A stretch of DNA of 64,000 bases from Alphaproteobacteria bacterium. Lineage in GTDB: Bacteria > Pseudomonadota > Alphaproteobacteria > SP197. The notes under the pieces were generated by a model. That model saw only the letters and a program-made list of their open reading frames with translations. It was not told the origin of the DNA and ran no database searches. Made by a program: the position numbers and the translations under genes. Below are positions 41,058-50,904 of the stretch, piece after piece (the first letter of the stretch is position 1; each line of letters starts with the position of its first letter). The stretch is taken from contig OZ244844.1 of assembly GCA_965220805.1 (NCBI GenBank), forward strand, positions 2,189,516 through 2,253,515. Reading direction: 5' to 3'.

Positions 41058-42163
41058 CTATGCTTCCAAGCGTCCAGCTTGTGCACCACAAGCCTTGCTA
41101 TAGCCAGGGATGCTGTCAATCCCGGTGATTCGATTCCGAAGAGATTCACGAGACCGCCTGTTCCGTGTTCCGCGGGGCCGTCGATCCGGAAATCCGAGTC
41201 CCCCGATGTCCTAAGCTTGGGGCGGATGCCGCTGTAGTCGGGAGTCAGGGCATCATCGGGAAGGCCGGGCCAGTAGCGGCGCACGGCGTCACGGAAGGCG
41301 TGTGCACGGGTCGGGTCGACGTCGTAGGAGATATCGCGCACCCATTCCACATCCGGCCCGAACCGGCAGCGGCCGCCAAGATCGAGGGTGGCGTGAACGC
41401 CCAGTCCACCGGCGACCGGTGTCGGATAGACGAGACGGGAGAAGGGGGAAGGGCCTGACAGGGTGAAGTAGCTGCCCCTGGCAAGATGGAGTGCGGGAAC
41501 ATGACGGTGATCGAGCCCGGTGGTCACCGATGCGAGGTGTTGTGCCCCGAGACCGGTGGCATTCACCAGTTCCCGCGCCTCCAGATTCATGGGCTCCCTG
41601 CCGCCGACCGTGAGGCGCAGGGCATTGTCCGCAGCAACGACGCCGCGGACCGGCGAGCCCAGGGCCAGCCACGCGCCGGCGGCCTCGGCCTCTCCCAGCA
41701 AGGCCAGCATCAGGCCGTGACTGTCGATGATGCCGGTTGATGGTGACAGGAGGGCGCCGTGCGTCTCCAGTTCGGGTTCCAGGGCGGCCACGTCCGCCGC
41801 CGCCAGAAACGCGAGGTCGTCAACACCGTTGGCGGTGGCCCGCTTGCTGAGCCTGGAGAGGACATCAAGATCGTCGTCACCGACGGCAACGATCAACTTG
41901 CCGCAGGCGCGGAACGCCACATGACGTGATCGGCAGTAGTCATAGAGCAGGGTCCTGCCGGCGACACACAGGCGGGCCTTCAGGCTTCCCGGGGGATAGT
42001 AGATGCCGGCATGGATGACTTCGCTGTTGCGTGACGAGATGCCGGTTCCCACGGCATCGGCAGCGTCAAGCACCATGACCTCGCGCCCACTACGGGCAAG
42101 CTCGCGTGCTACCGCAAGACCGATGATACCGGCGCCAGCGACGACCGCTTCAACGCTCTCCAC
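41054..42163 (-). CDS. FAD-dependent L-2-hydroxyglutarate oxidase/dehydrogenase-like oxidoreductase (LhgO family)
   Basis: VVAGAGIIGLAVAREL and RNSEVIHAGIYYPPGSLKARLCVAG closely match the LhgO/YgaF N-terminus. It overlaps the GST start by 4 nt. Confidence 0.75.
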   Translation of the reverse strand: MESVEAVVAGAGIIGLAVARELARSGREVMVLDAADAVGTGISSRNSEVIHAGIYYPPGSLKARLCVAGRTLLYDYCRSRHVAFRACGKLIVAVGDDDLDVLSRLSKRATANGVDDLAFLAAADVAALEPELETHGALLSPSTGIIDSHGLMLALLGEAEAAGAWLALGSPVRGVVAADNALRLTVGGREPMNLEARELVNATGLGAQHLASVTTGLDHRHVPALHLARGSYFTLSGPSPFSRLVYPTPVAGGLGVHATLDLGGRCRFGPDVEWVRDISYDVDPTRAHAFRDAVRRYWPGLPDDALTPDYSGIRPKLRTSGDSDFRIDGPAEHGTGGLVNLFGIESPGLTASLAIARLVVHKLDAWKHR

Positions 42164-42355
42164 GCTGTTTCAGCCCCTCTTTCTTCCGAAAGTCAGGTTC
42201 ATTGGCAATCCGGTCGACAGCCATCAGCACGTGACCCGCTTCCTGGTGTTGAGTGTCGGCGCTGCAGGTGCGACAACATGATCGCCAGAATGGCCATGCA
42301 CGCCCTGTCATGGCAAGCGCATCCCCGCTTTCGAGATTCCGGTGGCCACAAGTCC

Positions 42356-43252
42356 ATGCAACAACTCGTCTATATCACCGCCGTCATCGTTCAGGGCACC
42401 GCCTGGGGCGCCCAGTTCACGATGCTGAAACTTGCCGCCGAGGGAGGCTATGGCGAGTTGACGGTGTTGTTGATCGCCATGTTTCTCGTCAGCTCCTGCT
42501 ACTTCGTGATTCTTCTGGTGCGCCGGTCCCCGTTTCGCCTGACGGCGAAGTCCCTGGAGTTCTTCGCCATTACCGGGTTTATCGGCTATGCCCTGCCACT
42601 GGCGGCCGTGCTCTATGCCGCACCGCACCTGCCAGCAGGCGTCATCACGCTGATTATCTGTTTCACGCCGATGATCTCCATCGTCGTGGCTCTTGTCGCC
42701 CGGACAGAACGGGTGTCGCGAACCAGGCTGGTGGCGATGGTGCTGGGCATGGCCGCTGCTGCCATGGTTCTGGCCCCGCAGCTTTCCCTGCCGGGACTGG
42801 GGGTCCTGGAATGGATGTTGCTCGTTGGCCTCGTGCCGCTCTGCTACGGCATCGAGTCGATCTATATCGACAGGCGCTGGCCCGAGGGTTTCGACATCTG
42901 GCAGGTCGGGTTCGGCGAAGCAGCCGCCGCCATGATTCTCGTGGCGCCGCTGGTCATCGTGTTCGGTGAACCATGGCCGGGTCTTGCATGGACCACTGCC
43001 GAGATCGGTATCGTGCTCTTTTCCCTGATCGGTCTGGTCGAGATCGTTCTCTACTTCTGGCTTATCAACAGGACCGGTGGAGTGCTGGTCAATTTCTGCG
43101 TGTTCGCCGCCCTCTTTGCCGGAATCGCCTGGGGCATCGTCATCTTCGGTGAACGCCACGACATGTCGGTCTGGGGCGCCGCTGCCGTATTGCTGGCGGC
43201 CATGGCACTGCTGACTCGCGAGACCGTAAGCAAGACAAGGGCCACCGGTTGA
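42356..43252 (+). CDS. DMT-superfamily (EamA-like) transporter
   Basis: Starts at MQQLVYITAV. Ten hydrophobic helices. Confidence 0.65.
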   Translation: MQQLVYITAVIVQGTAWGAQFTMLKLAAEGGYGELTVLLIAMFLVSSCYFVILLVRRSPFRLTAKSLEFFAITGFIGYALPLAAVLYAAPHLPAGVITLIICFTPMISIVVALVARTERVSRTRLVAMVLGMAAAAMVLAPQLSLPGLGVLEWMLLVGLVPLCYGIESIYIDRRWPEGFDIWQVGFGEAAAAMILVAPLVIVFGEPWPGLAWTTAEIGIVLFSLIGLVEIVLYFWLINRTGGVLVNFCVFAALFAGIAWGIVIFGERHDMSVWGAAAVLLAAMALLTRETVSKTRATG

Positions 43253-43266
43253 CGTACCGGCTCTTG

Positions 43267-44376
43267 TCAGCGCACAAGACTGCGAGCGATCACAACGTTC
43301 TGGATCTCTGTGGCGCCGTCGAGCCACTGGGCCATCCGTGCACAGGCAAGATGGCGTGCAAGGGAATGACCGTCATCTCCACGGAATCCCCGGGCTCCCA
43401 TGACCTGCATGCAGTCGCTGATCGCTTTCCAGGCCACCCGTGTGGCGAACTTCTTGGCATGGGCACACGCCACCTGGACATCCTCGCCGCTCTCGAAGGC
43501 AGCGGTGGCGTCGCGGGTCAGCAATTGTGCTGCCTTGAGGTCCGTTGCCACATCGGCCAGCATCCACTGCACTCCCTGAAAGTCGCCGATCGTGCGGCCG
43601 AATGCACCCCGGGAGGCCACGGCATCGAGCGCCTGGTCGAGCGCCGCCTCCACCATGCCGCAGCACATCGCGGCCACTCCGGACCGGGCGGCATTGATGC
43701 CGCGCATCGCGGTCCGGAAGGCATCGCCTGGAGCGAGGATCATCGCCGCGCGATCCACCCGCGCCGACGAAAAGGTGAATCCGCACACCCCGGCGGAATG
43801 GCCGCCGAGAAGCGTGTAGGGATCGGTTCGTGCAATGCCCGGGGTGTCGGCGTCGACGATGAAACCGGCGATGCCGCGCCACCCCTGGGATCGATCGGTC
43901 TGCAGGAAGACCAGCAGGACCCCAGCGGCCACGCCATTGGTGACCCAGGCCTTTTCTCCGTCGAGCACCCAGTGGTCGCCGTCAGGACTCGCCGATGCGG
44001 TGATGGCCGCGGCATCGCTGCCGGCACCGGGCTCGGTGAGGAGGAAGGCGCCAATTCGCCTTGCATGGAGGAGGTCGTCGAGATGGCGCGAGATGAGCTC
44101 TTCCCTCCCGGACCGGGCAAGACTGGCCGTCATGTTGGCGTGGACCTTGAGAGCGAAGGCGTGACCAAAGTCCTTGGCAGCGATTTTCGAAACGATGTCG
44201 CAGGCATCGCCAAGAGCCAGTCCGAGTCCTCCTGATTCCCGAGGCGTCAGCATACCGGTCAGACCCGATCTGCCTGCCTCGCGCATGGCGTCGAGGGGAT
44301 AGTGCCTGGCGCTCTCCCAGGCAGCGGCACATCTGGCGACACGATCGCAATGGGCCTCGAGCGCGGAGCCGTTCAT
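43267..44376 (-). CDS. acyl-CoA dehydrogenase family protein
   Basis: ACAD N-terminal helical domain, middle beta domain and C-terminal helical domain, with a catalytic-base region. The ATG at 44376 is preferred because GGAGG sits 9 nt upstream. Confidence 0.8.
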   Translation of the reverse strand: MNGSALEAHCDRVARCAAAWESARHYPLDAMREAGRSGLTGMLTPRESGGLGLALGDACDIVSKIAAKDFGHAFALKVHANMTASLARSGREELISRHLDDLLHARRIGAFLLTEPGAGSDAAAITASASPDGDHWVLDGEKAWVTNGVAAGVLLVFLQTDRSQGWRGIAGFIVDADTPGIARTDPYTLLGGHSAGVCGFTFSSARVDRAAMILAPGDAFRTAMRGINAARSGVAAMCCGMVEAALDQALDAVASRGAFGRTIGDFQGVQWMLADVATDLKAAQLLTRDATAAFESGEDVQVACAHAKKFATRVAWKAISDCMQVMGARGFRGDDGHSLARHLACARMAQWLDGATEIQNVVIARSLVR

Positions 44377-44706
44377 CCGTTGCATCCTCCTGGCTGGCGG
44401 CGGACTTGTGCAGCAATACACTGCGACCCTCAAGCCCGGAGGCTGCCGTCTGGCCTATGAACGGCGATGACTGCACACCCCTGCACCGCGAACGTTCAGT
44501 TCGCCCGGGGCCGCGTTCCGGTTTGATCAGACTTCGCGCACGCAGCCTGTTGCGGCGGGGGGCGGCCGCCGAAAAGGCATGCAGGGAGGCGACATCGCCT
44601 GAATGGCACATTACGATGCCATCGCCCACAGTCGGACTGTTACGATCGAACCTTTCGAACTGCCACAGTTGTTCGGACCGTGACACTGTCGCCCCTTCGT
44701 CGTGAT

Positions 44707-45654
44707 ATGCCTTCGCTTGTCGCAGATGTCGGCGGCACCAACACGAGGGTCGCACTCGCTGAAGGGTCAGCCGTGCTTCCCGATTCGGTTCGCAGGTACC
44801 GGAATGCTGATCATCTCGACCTTGCGTCGTTGCTTGGGCATCACCTTGCGACTGCAGGCAGGGTTGCGTGCGGCATGGCCTGTGTAGCTGTCGCTGGCCC
44901 GGTGCACGACGGCGTCAGCGAACTCACCAACCTTGATTGGCGCATTGACACCGAAGGGATTGCCCTGGCGACCGGAACAAGAGCCGTCACGCTCCTGAAC
45001 GACCTGCAGGCCGAAGGCCACGCGCTGGGTCATGTCACGCCAGCGCAACTGCGCGAGATCGTGCCGCAGTCCGGCGCTGGCAGCAGTGCAACGCAACTCG
45101 TGATCGGTGTCGGTACCGGCTTCAACGCCGCAGTGGTTCATCGTCTTGCTTCGGGACGCTACGTGGCCCCGGCCGAGGCCGGTCACGTCAACATGCCCGT
45201 CGGCAGTGACGCCGATCTCCGCCTTGCACAGTTCATCGAGGCCAGAAGCGGATTTGCCGATGTCGAAGACGTCCTTTCGGGACGGGGAATCGAGACCATT
45301 CACGCCTGGCTCGGGCATCCGGAGGACGTGTCCTCAAGGATGAGCGCCACCGACATCGTGCAGGCACTCGCCAGCCGCGACCCGCGAGCCGATGCGACAT
45401 TGCGCGTTTTCGTCCGCCTGCTCGGGATGTCGGCCGGCAATCTCGCGCTCACCACGCTGCCATTCGGCGGCATTTGCCTCGTAGGCGGAGTGTCCCGCGC
45501 CATCGCTCCCTATCTGATTGATCTCGGCTTTGTCGAGGCGTTCCGTGACAAGGGTCGTTTCAGCGACCTTATGGAGCGTTTCGGTGTCTCGGTCATCGAA
45601 GACGATTGCGCAGCGCTAACCGGGTGCGCAAGCTACCTCGCCGCCAGTTTCTGA
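44707..45654 (+). CDS. glk: glucokinase
   Basis: The ATP site reads LVADVGGTNTRVAL, and the overall ROK/Glk-like fold is present. ATG at 44707. Confidence 0.8.
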   Translation: MPSLVADVGGTNTRVALAEGSAVLPDSVRRYRNADHLDLASLLGHHLATAGRVACGMACVAVAGPVHDGVSELTNLDWRIDTEGIALATGTRAVTLLNDLQAEGHALGHVTPAQLREIVPQSGAGSSATQLVIGVGTGFNAAVVHRLASGRYVAPAEAGHVNMPVGSDADLRLAQFIEARSGFADVEDVLSGRGIETIHAWLGHPEDVSSRMSATDIVQALASRDPRADATLRVFVRLLGMSAGNLALTTLPFGGICLVGGVSRAIAPYLIDLGFVEAFRDKGRFSDLMERFGVSVIEDDCAALTGCASYLAASF

Positions 45655-45699
45655 CACCCCGGCAGTCGCCATGCGGTCCCGGATCGATTTCAGTCAGCC

Positions 45700-46110
45700 A
45701 TCACGTAACGCGCTGTAATCTCCGTATAGTCAGGGCTTCTCTCCGGGCCGGCACTGGTTCGATCTGTGGGATCAGGCGCGCACGGGAGTGAGAAACCCCA
45801 GGAACCGAAGCCCTGAAGGGCGCGGGCTTCCTTCTGGAACCACGGGTAGCCCCCGACAGATCAAGGTCGGAGTTCGCCTGGATAACACCGGACTTCAAAC
45901 GGCGCGAACGCCGTTGGAGCAGCTCCCATTTCGCTTCGGGTACCCCCAGGGATGCCGAAGGACCGGGAGATACGCGCCTATCGCAGAAGAAAATCATATG
46001 GCAGCATTAGGACAATAAATTAGGGGAAGCGAAGGGTCGCCCATATCCTGCAGGCTGGAAGGCTCCGCCGTCGCCACCTTTCGTAGCAGGCCGAATTGGA
46101 GCCTCCAACG
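45700..46110 (+). promoter_or_regulatory. long (about 475 nt) hairpin-rich untranslated leader upstream of the ABC importer operon; possible riboswitch or other cis-regulatory RNA
   Basis: There is no credible ORF here. It contains several perfect stems (e.g. AACGGCG-CGAA-CGCCGTT and GAAGCCC-N10-GGGCTTC) and an AT-rich promoter-like patch at 45990-46030. I could not match any class. Confidence 0.3.
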
Positions 46111-46131
46111 AATCAGACAGGAGATGGCGAA

Positions 46132-47280
46132 ATGTCAGAGCGAAATCCAGGATCGGAAGCCCCCTTTACCCGCCGAAGGTTTCTGCACGGAACCGCGGCC
46201 GCTGCCGGCGGTGTGCTGGCGGCGCCATACGTCATTCGCCAGGCATCGGCGGAGGCGACCGAGATCAACATGCTCGCCTGGTACGGCCACGGCGAGCCCG
46301 ACATCGTGGGCGCGTTCGAGGAAGCCAACAATGTGAAGTTCAAGCCCAAGTATTACGCCGGTGGCGACAACATGCTGGCGCTGATCGCCCAGTCGCCCCC
46401 GGGCACCTACGACATCATCCTCTCGGACGCCGAATTCGTGCAACAGCTGAACGCGGCCGGCTATATCGAGGCCCTCGACCCGAACGACTACCCGTTTGAC
46501 GACATGCTGCACGAGGACTTCGCCAGGTTCCCGGGTCACTGGGATGGCGACACGCTCTTTTCGATGATGGCCCGTTTCGGACACCTGGGCGTCAGTTACA
46601 ACACGACCGCGATCTCGGCCGACGACGCCATGAGTTACCAGTGCTTCTGGAATCCCGAGATTGCGGGCAAGGTCGGACACTTCGACTGGCACCTGCCGAC
46701 CCTGGGCATGATGAGCCTCTACAACGGCAATGGTGCGGGACTCTGGGATCTCGACGACGATCAATGGAACGAGGTGCAGACGACCACCATGAGTCTGCGC
46801 CCGCAGGTCGGCGGTTTCTTCGACTACGGCGGCACCTTCAACAACCTGAAGAACGGCGAGATGCTGGCCATGTGCGGGATCGGCGACTGGATCACCGGGG
46901 TGCTGCAAAAGGACGGCGCGCCGGTGGCCTCGGTCATTCCCGAGGAGGGCGGCATACAGTGGACCGAGAGCTACTGCATCGGCAAGGACTCGTCCAAGGC
47001 GGACATCGTCAAGCAGTTCATCCAGTATATGCTGAGCCCCGAGGGACAGGTGAAGTCCGCCCAGATGGCCGCCTATCCGGCCAACTGCATCACAATGGGC
47101 GGGCGTGCGGCATTGAATGCCGCAGATCCGGCCGAGGCCGCACGGACCAATCAGGTGGACGGGAACCCGATGGACCCGATCACCCTGATCAATGAGGGCC
47201 GTATCCACTACCGCGACATTCCGGTCCGGCAAACGCTCGAGGATTGGAACGACTTCTGGTCCGAGTACAAGAACGCCTGA
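46132..47280 (+). CDS. ABC transporter periplasmic substrate-binding protein (PotD/PotF-like family 1), TAT signal
   Basis: RRRFLHGTAAAAGGVLA is a twin-arginine leader, and the SBP fold has PotD-like features. ATG at 46132 with AGGAG upstream. Confidence 0.8.
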   Translation: MSERNPGSEAPFTRRRFLHGTAAAAGGVLAAPYVIRQASAEATEINMLAWYGHGEPDIVGAFEEANNVKFKPKYYAGGDNMLALIAQSPPGTYDIILSDAEFVQQLNAAGYIEALDPNDYPFDDMLHEDFARFPGHWDGDTLFSMMARFGHLGVSYNTTAISADDAMSYQCFWNPEIAGKVGHFDWHLPTLGMMSLYNGNGAGLWDLDDDQWNEVQTTTMSLRPQVGGFFDYGGTFNNLKNGEMLAMCGIGDWITGVLQKDGAPVASVIPEEGGIQWTESYCIGKDSSKADIVKQFIQYMLSPEGQVKSAQMAAYPANCITMGGRAALNAADPAEAARTNQVDGNPMDPITLINEGRIHYRDIPVRQTLEDWNDFWSEYKNA

Positions 47281-47427
47281 TTTTGCGGCGGACGCATCCG
47301 GGACCTCTCGTCAGGTCCCGGATGCGACGATTCGGGAGTGTTCTTCCGGAGACACTCCATAGCGGTTCACTAGAGTTGTGATAAACCGGATCCAGCGCCC
47401 ATTTCCGTATGCATCCAGGAGCGCGTC

Positions 47428-48264
47428 ATGAACCGTTTCGCGCTCGCCTTCCGGCTTCCCATCATCGTCTGGCAGGGGCTGTTCTTCCTCGGGCCCCTGT
47501 TCTTCATGATCGCGATGAGCTTCTTCCTGGTGAAGAACTATCGGATGGAGGCGGCGTTCGAGCTCGGGAACTGGGTTCGGATGCTGACCAGGGGCTATGT
47601 CTGGGACAGCTATTGGTACACGATCGGCCTGGCGGCCTCCGTCACGGTGGCGGCGACGCTGATCGCCTTTCCCGCATCGTTTGCCCTGGCATTCAGGGTG
47701 TCCGAGGCGACGCGGCGCTGGGCGATTTTTCTTCTGATCATACCGTTCTTCACATCCTATCTGGTGCGCACCTTTTCCTGGTATGTGATCCTGGCGGAAT
47801 CAGGAGTGATCAACGCCGGGCTCGGAACCGTTGGACTTGGTCCCTACACATTGCTCAACACTCCGGTCGGCACGATCGTCGGATATCTGACACTGATCCT
47901 GCCGCTTGTCGTGATCCTGCAGACCATTGCCCTGGCGAACATCGACCGGAACCTCGTCCAGGCCGCGCGCAACCTGGGTTGTGCGCCCTCGCGCACGCTT
48001 TTCGCCGTGATCGTGCCCCTGGCGAAGACCGGTCTCATTGTCGCGGCGCTGTTCTGCTTCATTCTGTCGTTCGGAGACTTCGTGGCGCCCTACTACCTGG
48101 GCGGATCCAGTCCCCCGACTCTTCCGATACTGATCATCGACACCACGAAATCCGGACAGCAATGGCCGCGCGCGGCCGTCGTCGCGGTCATGATGATGCT
48201 GACGCTGTTCGCCATCGCCGCCACCGCCATCTGGCTGGCCTATCGCAGAAGGTCTCCGGCATGA
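47428..48264 (+). CDS. ABC transporter permease (PotB-like)
   Basis: 278 aa with 6 TM helices and an EAA-like loop. Confidence 0.8.
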   Translation: MNRFALAFRLPIIVWQGLFFLGPLFFMIAMSFFLVKNYRMEAAFELGNWVRMLTRGYVWDSYWYTIGLAASVTVAATLIAFPASFALAFRVSEATRRWAIFLLIIPFFTSYLVRTFSWYVILAESGVINAGLGTVGLGPYTLLNTPVGTIVGYLTLILPLVVILQTIALANIDRNLVQAARNLGCAPSRTLFAVIVPLAKTGLIVAALFCFILSFGDFVAPYYLGGSSPPTLPILIIDTTKSGQQWPRAAVVAVMMMLTLFAIAATAIWLAYRRRSPA

Positions 48265-49049
48265 GCGCCCGGATCGCGACCGTTCTCCTGCTCGGCTGGC
48301 TGTTGCTGGTGTTGGCCTTCATCTTCGCCCCGATTGTCGCTTCGGTCGTCTTCTCGTTCAATTCCGACCGGTTTCCCACGATCCCGCTGGGCTCGTTCAC
48401 CACCCATTGGTATGACACGATCTTTGCGGATCCTGAAATCGGCGAGGCCGCCCGCAACTCGATCGTCGCGGCGCTTTCGACATCCGTTATCGCGACAACG
48501 CTGGGCTTCGCGACCGCTTACACCGACTATCGCTACAACTTCCGTCTCAAGGGGCCGTATCTGGCACTGATCCTGCTGCCGCCCACGATTCCGCTGATCA
48601 TCATGGCGCTCGCCATGCTGGCCTGGCTTTCCTGGATCGGGGCGTCGGGCCAGCTCTGGTCGATCGTCATTGCGCACTCCGTCCTGACGGCGCCTTTCGC
48701 CATGGCGATCATCCGCCTGCGTTTGAACCAGATCGATCCGAACCTGGAGGCCGCGGCCTGGAATCTGGGCTCATCAGAGTGGAGGGCGCTGCGGTCGGTG
48801 ATCCTGCCTTTCTGCCGGCCCGCCATCATCTCCGCCGCCTGCCTGACCGCCGCCATCTCCTTCGACGAGTTCGTGGTAGCGTGGTTCGTAAGCGGTCTGA
48901 ACAAGACCGTGCCAGTGATCATCCTGGAGATCGTCCAGGGCAACATCGACCCGCAAGTGAACGCGATCGGGTCGCTCGTGTTCCTGACGTCGATCACGCT
49001 GGTGGTCCTGGCCCAGATCTTCTTCATTTCCCGGATCGGCCGCAGATGA
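48261..49049 (+). CDS. ABC transporter permease (PotC-like)
   Basis: It starts at MSARIATVLLLG, with the ATG overlapping the previous stop, and has 6 TM helices. Confidence 0.8.
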   Translation: MSARIATVLLLGWLLLVLAFIFAPIVASVVFSFNSDRFPTIPLGSFTTHWYDTIFADPEIGEAARNSIVAALSTSVIATTLGFATAYTDYRYNFRLKGPYLALILLPPTIPLIIMALAMLAWLSWIGASGQLWSIVIAHSVLTAPFAMAIIRLRLNQIDPNLEAAAWNLGSSEWRALRSVILPFCRPAIISAACLTAAISFDEFVVAWFVSGLNKTVPVIILEIVQGNIDPQVNAIGSLVFLTSITLVVLAQIFFISRIGRR

Positions 49050-50101
49050 CAGATTCGCTCGTCACTCTTTCAGGCGTCGTCAAACGGTTCGGTGACGTCA
49101 CAGCCGTGCACCGTCTGGATCTGAACATAGCGGCGGGCGAGTTCATCGCCATCATGGGCCCGTCAGGCTGCGGCAAGACGACGACGCTGCGAATGATCGC
49201 CGGACTCGAAGCCCCGACCGAGGGCGAGGTGCGTATCAGCGGGCAGCTGATGAACTCCGTGCCGGTTCACGAGCGCGACACACCCATGGTCTGGCAGTCG
49301 CTGGCCCTGTTCCCGTTCCTCAATGCCCGGGAGAATGTCGAGTTCGGGCTCAAGATGCGCGGGATAGGCGCCGCCGAGCGTCGACGGCGTGCGGTCGAAT
49401 GGCTGGAACGGCTGGAGATCGGCGAGTTCGCCGAGCGCGATGTCGAGACACTGTCGGGCGGACAGCGCCAGCGCGTAGCCCTGGCGCGGGCGCTGGTGAC
49501 GGAGCCCCAGATTCTGTTGCTCGACGAGCCGCTGTCAGCGCTGGACGCCCATCTGATCATTCGCATGCAGGGCGTGTTGACGCGCTTGCAGCGCGAACTG
49601 GGCATCACCTTCGTGTACGTCACCCATTCGCAATCCGAGGCCTTCGCGCTGGCGGACCGGGTCGTGATCATGTCCCAGGGCCGCATCGTCCAGGCCGGCC
49701 AGCCACGCGAGATCTACCGGGCGCCCGCGAACCGCTTTGTGGCGGAGTTCGTAGGCCGAAACAACATACTGAGCGGAATCAGCCGCGGCGACGCAATCGA
49801 AACCGCGCTCGGCATCTTCCCGGCAGCGGGCCTGCCCCCGGCGGGCGATCCCGCGACCCTAGTCGTCGCCGCCGACCTGGTTGGAATCAGCCGCACACCC
49901 TCCGATGGCACGGTTCCATGCACGCTCATTTCCGAGGAGTTTGTCGGTGCGACGGTGACCCTGTTCCTCGAGGCGGAGGACGGGACCGAACTGAAGGTCC
50001 AGCTGCCCGAACGCGCGCTGGGCGACCTCAACCTGCATGCCGGCGGACAGTTCCATCTCGGCTGGCCAGCCGATACCGGCCACGTCCTGGCCGAGGGCTG
50101 A
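49046..50101 (+). CDS. ABC transporter ATP-binding protein (PotA-like, with C-terminal TOBE-like domain)
   Basis: Walker A GPSGCGKTT, signature LSGGQRQRVALARAL and Walker B LLLDEPLSALD. ATGA overlaps the preceding permease stop. Confidence 0.85.
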   Translation: MTDSLVTLSGVVKRFGDVTAVHRLDLNIAAGEFIAIMGPSGCGKTTTLRMIAGLEAPTEGEVRISGQLMNSVPVHERDTPMVWQSLALFPFLNARENVEFGLKMRGIGAAERRRRAVEWLERLEIGEFAERDVETLSGGQRQRVALARALVTEPQILLLDEPLSALDAHLIIRMQGVLTRLQRELGITFVYVTHSQSEAFALADRVVIMSQGRIVQAGQPREIYRAPANRFVAEFVGRNNILSGISRGDAIETALGIFPAAGLPPAGDPATLVVAADLVGISRTPSDGTVPCTLISEEFVGATVTLFLEAEDGTELKVQLPERALGDLNLHAGGQFHLGWPADTGHVLAEG

Positions 50102-50230
50102 CGGGGCGCAGGCTGAAGGAGGCCACGGAACCACGTGGTTGGAGGAGGTCGCCAATGACCTCGATGTCGTCTCCATCCGGCCACACGAGATTCGCACCGA
50201 ACCGCTTTCCAGCAATCCGAGGACCGCAGA

Positions 50231-50684
50231 CATGAGCCTGACAGACACCGACCGCCGGATGCTTCGCATTGCCTACGAGGAAGCCAGGGCAGGGTTCGAC
50301 GAGGGTGGTTGCCCCATCGGTTCCGTGCTCGCGCGCGGCGCCAGGGTGGTCGCGCAGGGACGGAACCAGCGCGTGCAGCAGGGTGACCCCATCGCGCACG
50401 GAGAGATGGACACGCTGCGCAAGGCGGGCCGCCAGCGGACATATCGAGACACGACTCTCTACACGTCGCTCTCTCCCTGCATGATGTGCTCGGGGACCAT
50501 CGTCCAGTTCGGCATACCCCGTGTCGTCATCGCCGAGAACACGAACTTCGGGGGCAACGAGGAGTTTCTGCGCGAACGCGGCGTCGAGGTGATCGTCGCT
50601 GACGATCGGGACTGCATCGCGCTCATGACCCGGTTCATCGAAGAGAGCCCCGAACTCTGGGCGGAAGACATTGCCGAAGACTGA
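50231..50684 (+). CDS. yeast Fcy1-type cytosine deaminase (CDA-fold; this family also includes creatinine / 5-fluorocytosine deaminases)
   Basis: 151 aa. HGEMDTL...TLYTSLSPCMMCSG...VADDRDC...ESPELWAEDI aligns nearly motif-for-motif with S. cerevisiae Fcy1 (HGEISTL...TLYTTLSPCDMCTG...VVDDERC...ERPQDWFEDI). Confidence 0.8.
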
Positions 50685-50904
50685 CCACCGATGACATGTG
50701 ATCCACACCAGCCTTCCGGAGAGCCAGCGTGATGGCCCCGGCACGACACGCGTCGGCAAGTGGCTGAATTCGGAGCTTCCAGTGCGACTGCGCGAGGACG
50801 GGCAGCCGGTGACTCCGAACGTGAGGCGATCCCGTCCTGTGCCGTTGGCGAACTGGAGTCGTCGCAAGTGCGATACTCCTTGCCCTGGATCGAATTGGGA
50901 GACC

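Noticed and set aside
45940-45975. ykkC / guanidine-I riboswitch-like string AGGGAUGCCGAAGGACCGGGAGAUACGCG
   Set aside because: The conserved blocks are contiguous here, whereas the real aptamer separates them by a P1a/P1b hairpin of about 30-40 nt. This is probably chance similarity in GC-rich sequence.
47409-49049. Single 546-aa ORF spanning both permease genes
   Set aside because: An out-of-frame read-through in the track. The two permeases are separate six-TM proteins with an ATGA junction at 48261.
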